DNA of 64,000 nt from Pyrodictiaceae archaeon (GCA_027036135.1 JALVSY010000007.1:196880-260879), one strand, 5' to 3'; shown: positions 19,813-29,355, counted from the stretch's first letter. Notes: generated by a model not told the origin, from the letters alone. Program-made: numbers and translations.

Positions 19813-20976
19813 CTAGACTGCCTGGGACCGTGTTGGCCGGACTTGTCTATTCTTCCATAGTACTTGGCCGCGTAGCGCTCTTATGAGACCTATTGGGTAG
19901 ACTAGTTGGCCGTAGAGTAGGCCTGGTAGCGCGTATAGCGGCGAATACCCCTCTATCATGGCTCCTGCCGCATAGGCTATGGTCTGTGTGACTAGTGGTG
20001 CTAGGAGTAATGGTTGTAGCGGGCTCGGAGCCAGGGGAGCCAGCAGGGCTAGTGCTAGGGGCCCGTAGCTCGTCAGCATCGTTGCTATGCTTATTACCAT
20101 CTTGCCCGCCTTGGATCTATGCCCTAGCGGGTCTACGAAGAGCCTAGCTATGAGCCATGCGTACTCGGTTGCGGTGTCGTAGATCCAGACGCCTATGATG
20201 TCCCTGGCGTCGGGCAGGAGTAGTCGTAGTCCTTTCTTCTTGGCTTGTTTCGCGAAGTCGCGGTCCTCTACGTAGCTAGAGGCTACTAGCCTGTGGCCGC
20301 CGAGGCGCTGGTAGGTTCCTCGCCTAATGGCCCAGCAGCACCCATACATCCATGCAAGGTCATCGCCTCTGCTCATCACTCTGTGGAGGCCGTAGAACCC
20401 GTAGGCTGTCGCGGTGACGGCGGCCTCTACCGAGGCGCATCGACGTGTTCTGCAAAGGAACCGTGGCACGAACCCGATTACCTCGTCGTCTTTCATGCTT
20501 GCTGCTAGGCAGCGCAGTTTCTCGGGCTCCAAGGGCTCCGTGTCAGCATCTAGGAAGAGGAGTACATCACTGCTAGCCCGCGAGGAGCCCACGAGGAGCG
20601 CGTAGGGCTTCGGAGCCCAACCATTAGGTATATTCTCAACCCTAACCACGATGAGGCTCTCATGCCTCCTTGACAGCTCTGCTAGTACCCTGGGCGTCTC
20701 ATCGCTACTAGCGTCATCAACCACTATTACTTCACTGAAACCAGCTACGAGGAGGCGTGGTAGGAGCTTCTCCAAGTTATGGGCCTCGTTCCGGGCAGCA
20801 ATAATTACCGAGACACTTGCGCTACAGCCCCGTTTCTCTATTGCTCGGCGTGCCCTGCTCACTGCACGCATACTCTTATGAATACTCACTATAGCGTAGA
20901 GCCATAGAGCTAAGAGCCCCATAGCCAGGATAACTGCTACAAGCCAGGCCACGATAACAAGCAGCGACAACACCAT
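19813..20976 (-). CDS. Membrane glycosyltransferase family 2
   Basis: SVIIAARNE, VVDDASSDET, FLDADT and VEDRD; flanking TM helices. Confidence 0.9.
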   Translation of the reverse strand: MVLSLLVIVAWLVAVILAMGLLALWLYAIVSIHKSMRAVSRARRAIEKRGCSASVSVIIAARNEAHNLEKLLPRLLVAGFSEVIVVDDASSDETPRVLAELSRRHESLIVVRVENIPNGWAPKPYALLVGSSRASSDVLLFLDADTEPLEPEKLRCLAASMKDDEVIGFVPRFLCRTRRCASVEAAVTATAYGFYGLHRVMSRGDDLAWMYGCCWAIRRGTYQRLGGHRLVASSYVEDRDFAKQAKKKGLRLLLPDARDIIGVWIYDTATEYAWLIARLFVDPLGHRSKAGKMVISIATMLTSYGPLALALLAPLAPSPLQPLLLAPLVTQTIAYAAGAMIEGYSPLYALPGLLYGQLVYPIGLIRALRGQVLWKNRQVRPTRSQAV

Positions 20977-21119
20977 CTACACCTCTCTTATCAGCAAAGT
21001 ACCTTGACGCAAGCATATGGAGGCTTTGCTGTCTCGTGACTTTCTATCCTCTCCAGGTCTTAACCTGATAGTTTTTAACCCCCGTTATAGATTCTTGTTC
21101 GGATACTAGGGGGCATGAC

Positions 21120-21533
21120 GTGAGCCTACTAGCTGCTCCACGTAGACGAGAAGATGCAAAAGCCATAGAGAAACTGGTTGAGCTAGCCATTAAGAGGTAT
21201 AACCGGTACCGCGGAGCCGAGAGCCAGGCAAAGCTACTAAAGATAATGGGGGACACAGTTGTCGTAGCATTCGAGGGCAGTTTTTGCGAGACTTGTGGAA
21301 TAAATGACTGGGTTGACGACTTCCGATACGTGATAGAGGACCTGGGCGGTGAGGCCGAGCTAGTCACAGTTATTGAGCCCGAGAAGCCTGAAGAGTTCTT
21401 CGACTACCGGATAGGGGTCTTTCGCGTAAAGAAGGTGCCTAGTATCGAGGAGCTAGAGCGCATCGAGAGGGAGGAGGCTGAGCTAGAGGAGTGGCTCAGC
21501 ACGGGGGAGGAGGAGGCAGCGGCGGAGGCCTAG
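21120..21533 (+). CDS. Hypothetical protein with FEGSFCETCG (CxxC) motif and an acidic tail
   Basis: Ribosome-binding-like GGGG upstream and host-like codon usage; F.G.C..C resembles a NifU C-terminal motif. Confidence 0.7.
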   Translation: MSLLAAPRRREDAKAIEKLVELAIKRYNRYRGAESQAKLLKIMGDTVVVAFEGSFCETCGINDWVDDFRYVIEDLGGEAELVTVIEPEKPEEFFDYRIGVFRVKKVPSIEELERIEREEAELEEWLSTGEEEAAAEA

Positions 21534-22354
21534 ATGCTCTCCAGCTTCTCGATATCCTCTGGCGCGAGTCTCCAGCCAAGCGCTCCCAGGATTTCTCTTA
21601 GGTGCTGCTTCTGCTCAGTTTTCGGTATCGCTACTACTCTTGGCCTCGATATTAGGAAGTTGAGCGCTACCTGTATCGGTGTCTTCCCATACTTCTCGGC
21701 TATCTCTCTCACGACCTTGTTGCGTGCAACCGCGCCTCTCTCAAGGGGTGTATAGGCCTGAATAGTTACCCCCAGGTTCTCCCGGAGTATTAGTTCAAGT
21801 ATCTCCTCCGCCTCTGAGCGGGTAAGTACGCTGTAGTGGACCTGGTCTACAACGATCTCTGTCATCGATGTGGCGTGTACTGCTTCCTCTAGCTCCCTCG
21901 CGTTGAAATTGCTTACGCCAATGTACCTAGCATAGCCTTTGCCATAGACTATTTTCTCGAAGCGCCTAACCTGCTCGGCTATCGGTATCCCTGGGGCAGG
22001 CCAGTGTATGAGGAACAAGTCAACCTCGCGTACACCTAGTCGCTCCAGGCTCGCCTGGGCAGCCGCTTCTATCCGTTCCTCGCTCCAAAGCCTACTAGGA
22101 AGCATCTTAGTGGTTACAAAGACGCGGTCCCTGCCAACACGCCTAATAACTTCGCTCACTATTCTCTCCGATGCCCCGTCACCATACATCTCGGCAGTAT
22201 CTATCAGATTAATCATCCCGGTCTCAATAGCCTCGACCAATGTCTCCACTGCTCTCCGGGGGCTACGAATAGCCCAGGTACCAAGACCTATTGCGGAGAC
22301 CCTATCACTCCCAATAGTCTTCCAATCACTCGTATCGATAGGAAACCTAGGCAT
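21530..22354 (-). CDS. Aldo/keto reductase
   Basis: IGLGTW, IDTAEMYG, DLFLIHWP, IGVSNF and AIPK. Confidence 0.95.
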   Translation of the reverse strand: MPRFPIDTSDWKTIGSDRVSAIGLGTWAIRSPRRAVETLVEAIETGMINLIDTAEMYGDGASERIVSEVIRRVGRDRVFVTTKMLPSRLWSEERIEAAAQASLERLGVREVDLFLIHWPAPGIPIAEQVRRFEKIVYGKGYARYIGVSNFNARELEEAVHATSMTEIVVDQVHYSVLTRSEAEEILELILRENLGVTIQAYTPLERGAVARNKVVREIAEKYGKTPIQVALNFLISRPRVVAIPKTEQKQHLREILGALGWRLAPEDIEKLESI

Positions 22355-22498
22355 AGCCTCTCCACCACACCTAGCAAGGCTACCCTATACACTGGTGTTA
22401 AAGGAAAGAGCCACGGGGCTAGAAAAGCCTAGCCCAGGAAGAGAACGAGTCCCTTCACGAACCATTAAGCAAGGAAACTGAAATGAATGACCGTGTCT

Positions 22499-23030
22499 CT
22501 ATGCCTCTTTCTCATGTGTTCTCTTTATCTCCTTCTCTAGCTGCTCAGCCGTATACTCAACAAGCTTCTTCACAAATAGCAGGCTTATCTCCACGTCCTC
22601 CTCGCTGAGCCCGTGCTCGTGAAACCCATGGACATGTAGGTCGAATCCTTGGCTCCAAGCATCTATTATAAGCTGGCTCCTTAGTATGATGGAAAGCCGC
22701 CTAGCCGCCTTCGCTGAAAGCCGTGTCCACCACCCGCCTCTTCTCGCGCCCTTTTACACTCCTCAATATCGTGAAGACATGCTAGTACCTTGATGCACTC
22801 CTCTACTGCCTTATAGAGCTTCTCAGAGGCCTGGACGGCGTCGCCCCTTTCCAGCTCCTCTTTGGCCCTTTGTACCATGTGCTTAGCTATCTCGAGCCTG
22901 GTCTCAAGTTCTTCCTCGGGATCCAGGTTAAGCGAGCGCTGGACAGCTTCAATTATAATTGCCTCAACATCCATTCTGCCTCTCTGGGCTATCTTTCCAC
23001 TAGTCCCTTAGGGAGAATTATTGTAGCCAA
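22499..23030 (-). pseudogene. PaREP1-family (HEPN-like) gene with two 1-nt frameshifts
   Basis: Reconstructs as MATIILPKGLVE/IAQRGRMDVE...GDAVQASEKLYKAVEE...G/WWT...AWSQGFDLHVHGFHE; shifts near 22995 and 22737. Confidence 0.8.
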
Positions 23031-23192
23031 GCAACTTCTCCAGTAATATAAAGTTAACCTAGAGGAGCTTTTCTACAGCCTTTCCCCCTTAATGGATTCT
23101 AGCAATACAGCCTCTTGTGGTAAGCATGGCGCCCTTTGTCTTAAAAACCTAGGTGAAGAGGCTTAGAGATAATCTATCCTTTAGGGGGCTTA

Positions 23193-24305
23193 TTGTCAGC
23201 TATTCATCGCCTAGAGGCTATGGCTCGGAACTACGCGCTCGCAGCTGTTAAGGCTGACCGGGAGGGTCGTATAGAGGAGGCTGTTAGGAACTACAAGAAG
23301 GCTATCGAGATTCTCTCCAAGATTCTCCAGCTACGACCCGATAACCCTCTCGCGCATGTTTATCGCAGCATTATTGAGCAGTATCGTAAGCGTGTCGAGC
23401 AATTAGAGAAAATAGGTGTGCCTGCGACACCTAGTGAGGCTGAGCAACTAGAGGACTGGATAGTAGCCGAAAAGCCCAACGTAAGGTTCACTGATATAGC
23501 TGACCTCGAGCACGCTAAGCAGGCTATAAAGGAGGCAATAATCTACCCCGTTAGGAGGCCCGACCTCTTTCCCCTGGGATGGCCCCGTGGAATACTCTTG
23601 TTCGGGCCCCCGGGCTGTGGCAAGACAATGCTAGCAGCAGCTGTCGCCAACGAGGTTGACGGCGTGTTCTTCAACATAGACGCAGCAACGATTATGAGCA
23701 AGTGGCTCGGCGAGGCAGAGAAGAAGGTGAAACTCCTCTTCGAGAAAGCAAGGGCAGCGGCGCGCAACGGTAAGCCGGCAATAATATTCATTGACGAGAT
23801 AGATGCGCTACTAGGCGTATACGAGAACGAGGTTGGCGGAGAAGTACGTGTCCGCAACCAGTTCCTCAAGGAGATGGACGGGCTACAGGATAAGAGCAGT
23901 AAGCTCCACGTCTACGTAATAGGCGCTACCAATAAGCCTTGGAAGCTAGATGAGCCCTTCATAAGGAGGTTCCAGAAGCGAATCTACATACCACCACCTA
24001 ACAGGGAAGCAAGGCTAGAGATACTCCGACTCTACACTAAGGGTCTTAAACTAGCCCCGGACGTTGACCTAGAGAAGCTTGCGGAGATAACCGAGGACTA
24101 TAGCGCCAGCGATATCAAGGACATAGTAATGGAGGCCCATCTGAGAACAGTCAGGGAACTCTTCGAGAAAAACGGCGGGGAAGGAGAGCCGAGGCCCATA
24201 ACGATGCAGGACTTCATGGAGGCCATAAGGTCTAGAAGGCCTAGCATAACCAAGGAGATGGTGCGCAGATACGAGGAGTGGTTCCAGAGATTCGGCAGCG
24301 TCTAG
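23193..24305 (+). CDS. cdvC: Vps4-like AAA+ ATPase CdvC
   Basis: N-terminal MIT domain (AVKADREG..EEA..NYKKAIE), FPLGWPRGILLFGPPGCGKT, IFIDEID and RRFQKRIYIP. Confidence 0.95.
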   Translation: MSAIHRLEAMARNYALAAVKADREGRIEEAVRNYKKAIEILSKILQLRPDNPLAHVYRSIIEQYRKRVEQLEKIGVPATPSEAEQLEDWIVAEKPNVRFTDIADLEHAKQAIKEAIIYPVRRPDLFPLGWPRGILLFGPPGCGKTMLAAAVANEVDGVFFNIDAATIMSKWLGEAEKKVKLLFEKARAAARNGKPAIIFIDEIDALLGVYENEVGGEVRVRNQFLKEMDGLQDKSSKLHVYVIGATNKPWKLDEPFIRRFQKRIYIPPPNREARLEILRLYTKGLKLAPDVDLEKLAEITEDYSASDIKDIVMEAHLRTVRELFEKNGGEGEPRPITMQDFMEAIRSRRPSITKEMVRRYEEWFQRFGSV

Positions 24306-24317
24306 GCACTACTAACG

Positions 24318-24752
24318 CTAACCTTGTTCTATCAATCTCTGCTCCTTAACCCGTCTATACAAGATCATCATTATTGCCACAAGCAATCCCAGCACTATGC
24401 CTAGAGCATATCCGCGTAGCTCCTGGAAAGGTGGGTCGCCGAGAGGCCACTCACCGAGCTCATAGGAGGTAAAGAATGCCGCCAATTGCAGCGCTGCCCT
24501 TCTCTGCGATTCGTGAAGCAGCCCGTATCCGGTTGCGAGACCTAGTACTATGTGTGTTAAGCCGTAGCCCTGCCTGGACACTTCTCTTACTAAGGCTACT
24601 ACTAGTATTAGGCTTCGAACAACGAGTCCCGCAATGAATCCCAGTAGCGAGGCACAAGCTAGGCTCCGTAGTAGCCCGCTCTGTCCAACTCGTGACCATG
24701 CAGTTCTGTATCTAGCTAGTAGTGATTGTTTCCGCCCCGTTGCGTTCCCCAT
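24318..24752 (-). CDS. Hypothetical membrane protein
   Basis: Several hydrophobic segments; fills the gap between flanking genes; no family recognised. Confidence 0.5.
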   Translation of the reverse strand: MGNATGRKQSLLARYRTAWSRVGQSGLLRSLACASLLGFIAGLVVRSLILVVALVREVSRQGYGLTHIVLGLATGYGLLHESQRRAALQLAAFFTSYELGEWPLGDPPFQELRGYALGIVLGLLVAIMMILYRRVKEQRLIEQG

Positions 24753-24881
24753 ATGTTATTGTTGCTCTTTTCAGTGTCTTATATGTAGTACTTTGTAAGG
24801 CCTCATTATTTACCTGGTTCATCCTTTCTTAGCCAATTAGTATATTATGCCCCGGGATAGGGGAATAGGATGGTGTAGTGC

Positions 24882-25316
24882 TTGGAGAAGCCACGTACCC
24901 TGCTACTTGTCGGCGCACTTCTAGCCCTGGGGCTATTAGCTACGAGCGCTGCTGCGCAGAGTAACGCGACCGCTACCAATGCAACTGTTACAAACATACT
25001 AAGCAAGGCGATGAGCAACCCAAAGGTAGCTATCTCGATGCTTATACAGTTCCTCTTAGGCCTTGCACTTGGTTACTATAGCGCAAAGATAGCTAAGTAC
25101 TTGCTAGCATGGATAGGCGTGATAATAATCGGTGCGTTGCTCTCCGTCTGGAGCCTTGGGGGCAGCGTAGAGGACATCTTGACAAAGCTAGGTCTTGAGG
25201 CGAAGAAGCTTATGCCGATAATAAGGGACTTCTTAACAGCCCTAGGAGTGCTAACAGTTGGTCCAGTCGCCGTCGGGTTCGTACTCGGCCTCGTAATCGG
25301 TATTACCCGTAAATAG
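24882..25316 (+). CDS. Membrane protein with signal peptide, FUN14-like
   Basis: Signal peptide followed by NAT/NAT/NIL segment; LLGLALGYY..K and GFVLGLVIG glycine-zipper helices. Confidence 0.7.
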   Translation: MEKPRTLLLVGALLALGLLATSAAAQSNATATNATVTNILSKAMSNPKVAISMLIQFLLGLALGYYSAKIAKYLLAWIGVIIIGALLSVWSLGGSVEDILTKLGLEAKKLMPIIRDFLTALGVLTVGPVAVGFVLGLVIGITRK

Positions 25317-25319
25317 GCG

Positions 25320-26282
25320 CTACCATACAACTATCTCTCTGTGTATAGATCGCCGAGCCGGAGGCTTTTTGCACAGCTTTATGCGGGGGTGTGGCTCGCC
25401 GCACTCCTTGCACCTTGCTGAGCCATCATCACCTCTCTCGGCCAGTACCCTCACACCCCATGGTTTTCGCGAGATTATTGGCTTCCGGCACCTCTTGCAC
25501 AGAGTGTCTGTAAGCGTGTAGCTCTCCTCGCCATAGAGGTAGACGTAGAGCCTGCCCTTCTCACGGAGCTTCTCAACGAGATCATAGCCTCGGTCCATTA
25601 CCTCTTCGCCACCTATGGGTATTAGGTGTATTGCTGCCTCGGGGTAGAGGCTTGCGAGCTCGGATACCATTATCTCTGCCTTCTTCGAGCCATCGTAGGC
25701 GAGGTGTATCTCTAATACATCGAACAAGCTATATGCCGCGCGCAGAACCTCATAGACATGGTCTAGGCGGGGAACCCTCTCAACCAGGGCCACGTGCTCG
25801 AAGACCAGGACTGTGTATCCAGCGTCACGTGCTCTGCGCAGACGCTCAATACTGACGAGCCCGGAGCTACGTGCAGCAAAATACTCCGGGGCATAGTCTC
25901 CAAGGAGACCCCTCAGCTTCCTTGGCAACTCGTGTACCCAGTCCAGGGCAAGCGGCTCCCCACCATCAACTAGTAAGACGTCTACACCGAGCATTCTGAG
26001 CCTCTTTAGCTCTGACTCGCTAAGCCTCCTGGTAATGAGGGAGCCCGGGTCGCCTAAGTGGCTCCAGCTACAATACCTACACCTCCACGGAGCCATCGGG
26101 GTTACTAGTCTCGCCACAATACCGCCTGGGCATACATGGTAGAGAGGCACCTGCTCAGCCCTTAGCACGCTCATGTATACAGCGTGCCACGGTAGCGCAT
26201 CCCTCTCCCCCGTCTCTTCCAGCACCACAGCTTTGCAAACTGGCTCGCTACATGCTAGTACGCAGCGACTACACCGAGCCAA
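25320..26282 (-). CDS. Degenerate AmmeMemoRadiSam-type radical SAM paralogue lacking the first cluster Cys
   Basis: E..PLYHV.PG, APWRCRYC in place of CxxxCxxC, GGEPL and C-terminal CKRC...CKECG zinc ribbon. Confidence 0.7.
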   Translation of the reverse strand: MARCSRCVLACSEPVCKAVVLEETGERDALPWHAVYMSVLRAEQVPLYHVCPGGIVARLVTPMAPWRCRYCSWSHLGDPGSLITRRLSESELKRLRMLGVDVLLVDGGEPLALDWVHELPRKLRGLLGDYAPEYFAARSSGLVSIERLRRARDAGYTVLVFEHVALVERVPRLDHVYEVLRAAYSLFDVLEIHLAYDGSKKAEIMVSELASLYPEAAIHLIPIGGEEVMDRGYDLVEKLREKGRLYVYLYGEESYTLTDTLCKRCRKPIISRKPWGVRVLAERGDDGSARCKECGEPHPRIKLCKKPPARRSIHREIVVW

Positions 26283-26723
26283 TGCACTAGCCCCGTTTAA
26301 TTAGCTAGAACGTGTAGAAAAGAAACATAAGCCTATGAGCCAGGCCTGCCGATAAAGAGTGCTCGGGGATGATGGAGATTGGCCTTTGCGGAACTCCCCG
26401 GGCCGAGGGGCAGGGATGAGCGAAGAACCCCTTACTGACCCTACTAGATCCTACACATAATACGCCAAAGAGAATGCCGCAATGCGCCATAGCGTTAGCA
26501 CTAGTAATTAATTTTCCACGGATAGTTATAGTAGAAATGTGATGGAGCCTAGGATCCGGGGTTGGACTCGGAGGGCAAAAGTTATAATACCGGCTTATGC
26601 CGGGCAAGAAGTCGTTGCACTAGCGTCTTTATCTTTGAAAACATTTATTGCTCTGCTTCCCCGCCTTCTAGCTAGATGAGCTAGGCGAGAACATATCTTC
26701 ATGATAGATTCATGTAATGGGGT

Positions 26724-27761
26724 GTGCTACTCGTGGAGTTCAATCTCGACATGGATTTGTTGCGCAGGCTTGTTTTTGAGCCCGGTGTCTCGGGGTACGA
26801 GGAGCCCATAAGAAGGCTCATTATAAGCGAGATAGAGGACTACGGCAAGGTCAACATAGACGACGTAGGTAATGTTTTCCTCGACCTCGGGGGCGAGGGC
26901 GATACAGTACTGCTAGCCGCACACATGGATGAGCTAGGACTAGTAGTAACGAACATATTTGATGACGGGCTCCTTGCTTTCCGGAAACTAGGCGGAATAG
27001 ATGACCGCACACTACCTAGTCAGCACGTCCTAGTCCTCGGCTCCAAGGGACCTGTTGAGGGCGTTATAGGGCTTGAGCCGCCCCACCTACAGTTCGAGAA
27101 AGAGCCAAAAACTGTACCGTGGCACCAGCTGAGGATAGATGTCGGTGCTTCTTCTAGGCAGGAAGTAGAGGAGATGGGTATAAGGGTCCTAGACCCCGTT
27201 GTGCCGAAGAAGCACTGGAGCATGCTTAACCATGGCAAGTTCCTAGCGAGCAGGGGCTTCGATGACCGGGCAGGGGTCTATGTACTAATCGAGCTTGCCA
27301 AGCTAGTAGCAAGGGGAGAGATTAAGCCGAGGCACCACGTGGTGCTCGCGTGGACTGTGCAGGAGGAGCTAGGGCTGAGAGGAGCATTCGCCATAGCCGC
27401 CCGCTTGAAGCCTAGGTACTTCGTAGCGGTAGACACTATGGCTTGCTGCCGTCCCGAGATAACTGGTCCCCTAAAGCTGGGACAGGGCCCAGCGATAAGA
27501 GTCCTTGATAACGCCTATGTCGCTAACTGGGGCTTGGTGAAGCGCCTAAGAGAGGTAGCGGAGGAGGAGAAGATACCCTCCCAGCTAGCTAGCGGTGGAG
27601 GGGGGACAGACGCTGCAGCATTCCAGAGAGCAGGGGTAGCATCAATAGCGGTAGTCATGCCAGTGAAGTACGCGCATACAACAACCGAGCTAATAGCCCG
27701 GAGCGACATCGAGAACACGGTAAGGCTACTAGCAGCTGCTCTCACGAAGGGACTCGCCTAG
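26724..27761 (+). CDS. M42-family (TET) aminopeptidase
   Basis: AAHMDELG, FDDRAG, TVQEELGLRGA, GGGTDA and KYAHT metal ligands. Confidence 0.94.
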   Translation: MLLVEFNLDMDLLRRLVFEPGVSGYEEPIRRLIISEIEDYGKVNIDDVGNVFLDLGGEGDTVLLAAHMDELGLVVTNIFDDGLLAFRKLGGIDDRTLPSQHVLVLGSKGPVEGVIGLEPPHLQFEKEPKTVPWHQLRIDVGASSRQEVEEMGIRVLDPVVPKKHWSMLNHGKFLASRGFDDRAGVYVLIELAKLVARGEIKPRHHVVLAWTVQEELGLRGAFAIAARLKPRYFVAVDTMACCRPEITGPLKLGQGPAIRVLDNAYVANWGLVKRLREVAEEEKIPSQLASGGGGTDAAAFQRAGVASIAVVMPVKYAHTTTELIARSDIENTVRLLAAALTKGLA

Positions 27762-27767
27762 ACTACT

Positions 27768-28044
27768 CTTAGCAGGCACTGGCTAGCTACCAGCGCCGAC
27801 GAGCCGAGAAACTTGCCATAAACAATGCTCCCCTCATCCACCTAGGCCAGCCCTTCTCAGCCCACTCACCGCTAGCGGCGTAGCGATGACCAGCGATGAT
27901 GTATTTTGAGACATCGAGTACTAGTCCTATAGCATGCTCAGCGACAGCCTCCGCTATAGCCTCTGGCTCATTAGCTACGCAGACGCCGCGGCGCTCAGCA
28001 GCCCCAGAGTCTATGTAGTTGAGCCCACTAGTCTCATAGCCCAT
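27768..28044 (-). pseudogene. D-2-hydroxyacid dehydrogenase (glyoxylate reductase-like) middle fragment, inverted
   Basis: SGLNYID..AAERRGVCVAN.P..IAEAVAEHA; after frameshifts it reads YGKFLG/LVGAGS, a Rossmann motif. Confidence 0.8.
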
Positions 28045-28047
28045 TAG

Positions 28048-28599
28048 ATGAAGTGCATAGGAGTAAAGAACGTCTACTGGTCTAGGAGGCGTAAAGCTGA
28101 GCTAGAACTAGTCCTGGGGGCCAAGCGGCTAGGCCTAGACGGACTCTTCTCATCCTCCAATATAGTAGTGGTGACTCTTCCATGTATCCTGGAGACGAGG
28201 AACCTGATACGCTACGAACACCTAGCTAGGTTACCACATGGAGCAATATTCGTGAACATCGGCAGGGATGCGTAGTCGATGAAGCAACATTGGTAGGATT
28301 GCTAGAGACAAGGGAGGACATCAGAGTAGCCCCGGACATCTTCTGGCAAGAACCATTACCGCCCGAGAACCCCTGGTAGAGAGGTATGGCAGCGACCAAC
28401 GAGTAGTACTAACGCCTCACATAGCCGGGTACAGCGAGGAATCAATGATAGCCACAGCGATACTAGCAGTCATGCAGGCCAAGCTATTCCTAGAGAAAAG
28501 GGCTACATATGGAACCCTGCAACAAAGCCATGCAAACAATGCACCGAGAGCCCACCAAGCCTCGATGAAGTAATTAACCTTGCACGCAGCAATACATAA
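28048..28599 (+). pseudogene. D-2-hydroxyacid dehydrogenase C-terminal fragment with multiple frameshifts
   Basis: YWSRRRK, TLP...ETRNLI, FVNIGR, VVDE, DIFWQEP and LTPHIAG catalytic motifs spread over three frames. Confidence 0.85.
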
Positions 28600-28699
28600 A
28601 AACATGCCTGGTTCCATCTCTTGGCAACCACTATTCAGAGTATTAGCTTAACTTGTATTACCCTCTTCGCGACACCATAGAATCAAGTGGTGCCTAGTA

Positions 28700-28885
28700 G
28701 TGACAGAAGTAGAGGGAATAGTCAAGGGCGGCGTTATTATCCCGCTCAAGCCCTTAAGGGAGCTAGAAGGAAAAAAGGTTAAAATAAAGATAATAAGCGT
28801 TGAAAGCATCGACGCCGAGAAGCTATATTCTTATTTGAGGCTTCTAAGGGAGGGCGAGAATGCAGAGGAGCTTTTTGAAATATAA
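28700..28885 (+). CDS. AF2212/DUF104-like antitoxin
   Basis: VEGIVKGGVIIPLKPL.ELEGKKVKIKI pattern; overlaps the toxin start. Confidence 0.75.
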   Translation: MTEVEGIVKGGVIIPLKPLRELEGKKVKIKIISVESIDAEKLYSYLRLLREGENAEELFEI

Positions 28886-29205
28886 ACAAGGTGACATCGT
28901 TGTCCTAGAGCTGCCTTTTTACGGATCTTCTCGGATCAAAGCTAAGATCTGTACTTGTGCTAAATGCTGTAGATCTAGGTGACGATTTAACAGTAGCAAA
29001 GATAACGGGGTCGCCCGGTATTCATAGGGTGCCGATAACTAATTCTGACCTAGTCAGTGGCCATTTGAAGAAGGAGCCAAGCTACGTAGACTGTTCAAGC
29101 ATCTTTACTGTAGAGAAAAGGTTGGTAGTAAAGACTGTTGGAAGACTCACCGATGAAGCAATAAGTAGGGTTAAGCAAAAGCTAAGATGCATTTTAGGCG
29201 TATAA
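28875..29205 (+). pseudogene. mazF: PemK/MazF toxin frameshifted in the T5 run at 28916-28920
   Basis: Removing one T gives MKYKQGDIVVLELPFTDLLGSKLRSVLVL...ITG...SYVDCSSIFTVEK. Confidence 0.82.
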
Positions 29206-29355
29206 AAACAAAATAAATATATTATATTACAATATAACTGCAGGTCAATACAGTTTCATATGTGGAGGCTTCTCCACTCATCGGTGCCTCGTGGGGCTCC
29301 ACAAAGGAGCTATAGATGTTGAGCCGTTACTAGTAATCAGTGGGCGCATAGGGGT

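Noticed and set aside
26360-26600. RNase P RNA or fluoride riboswitch (GCGGAACTCC, CCGGCTTAT, GATGGAG words)
   Set aside because: The motifs are partial, the intervening DNA is too AT-rich for a hyperthermophile structural RNA, and the required pairings are missing.
26305-26607. 100-aa minus-strand ORF
   Set aside because: Atypical composition, no motif and no clear SD sequence, so it is not supportable as a CDS.
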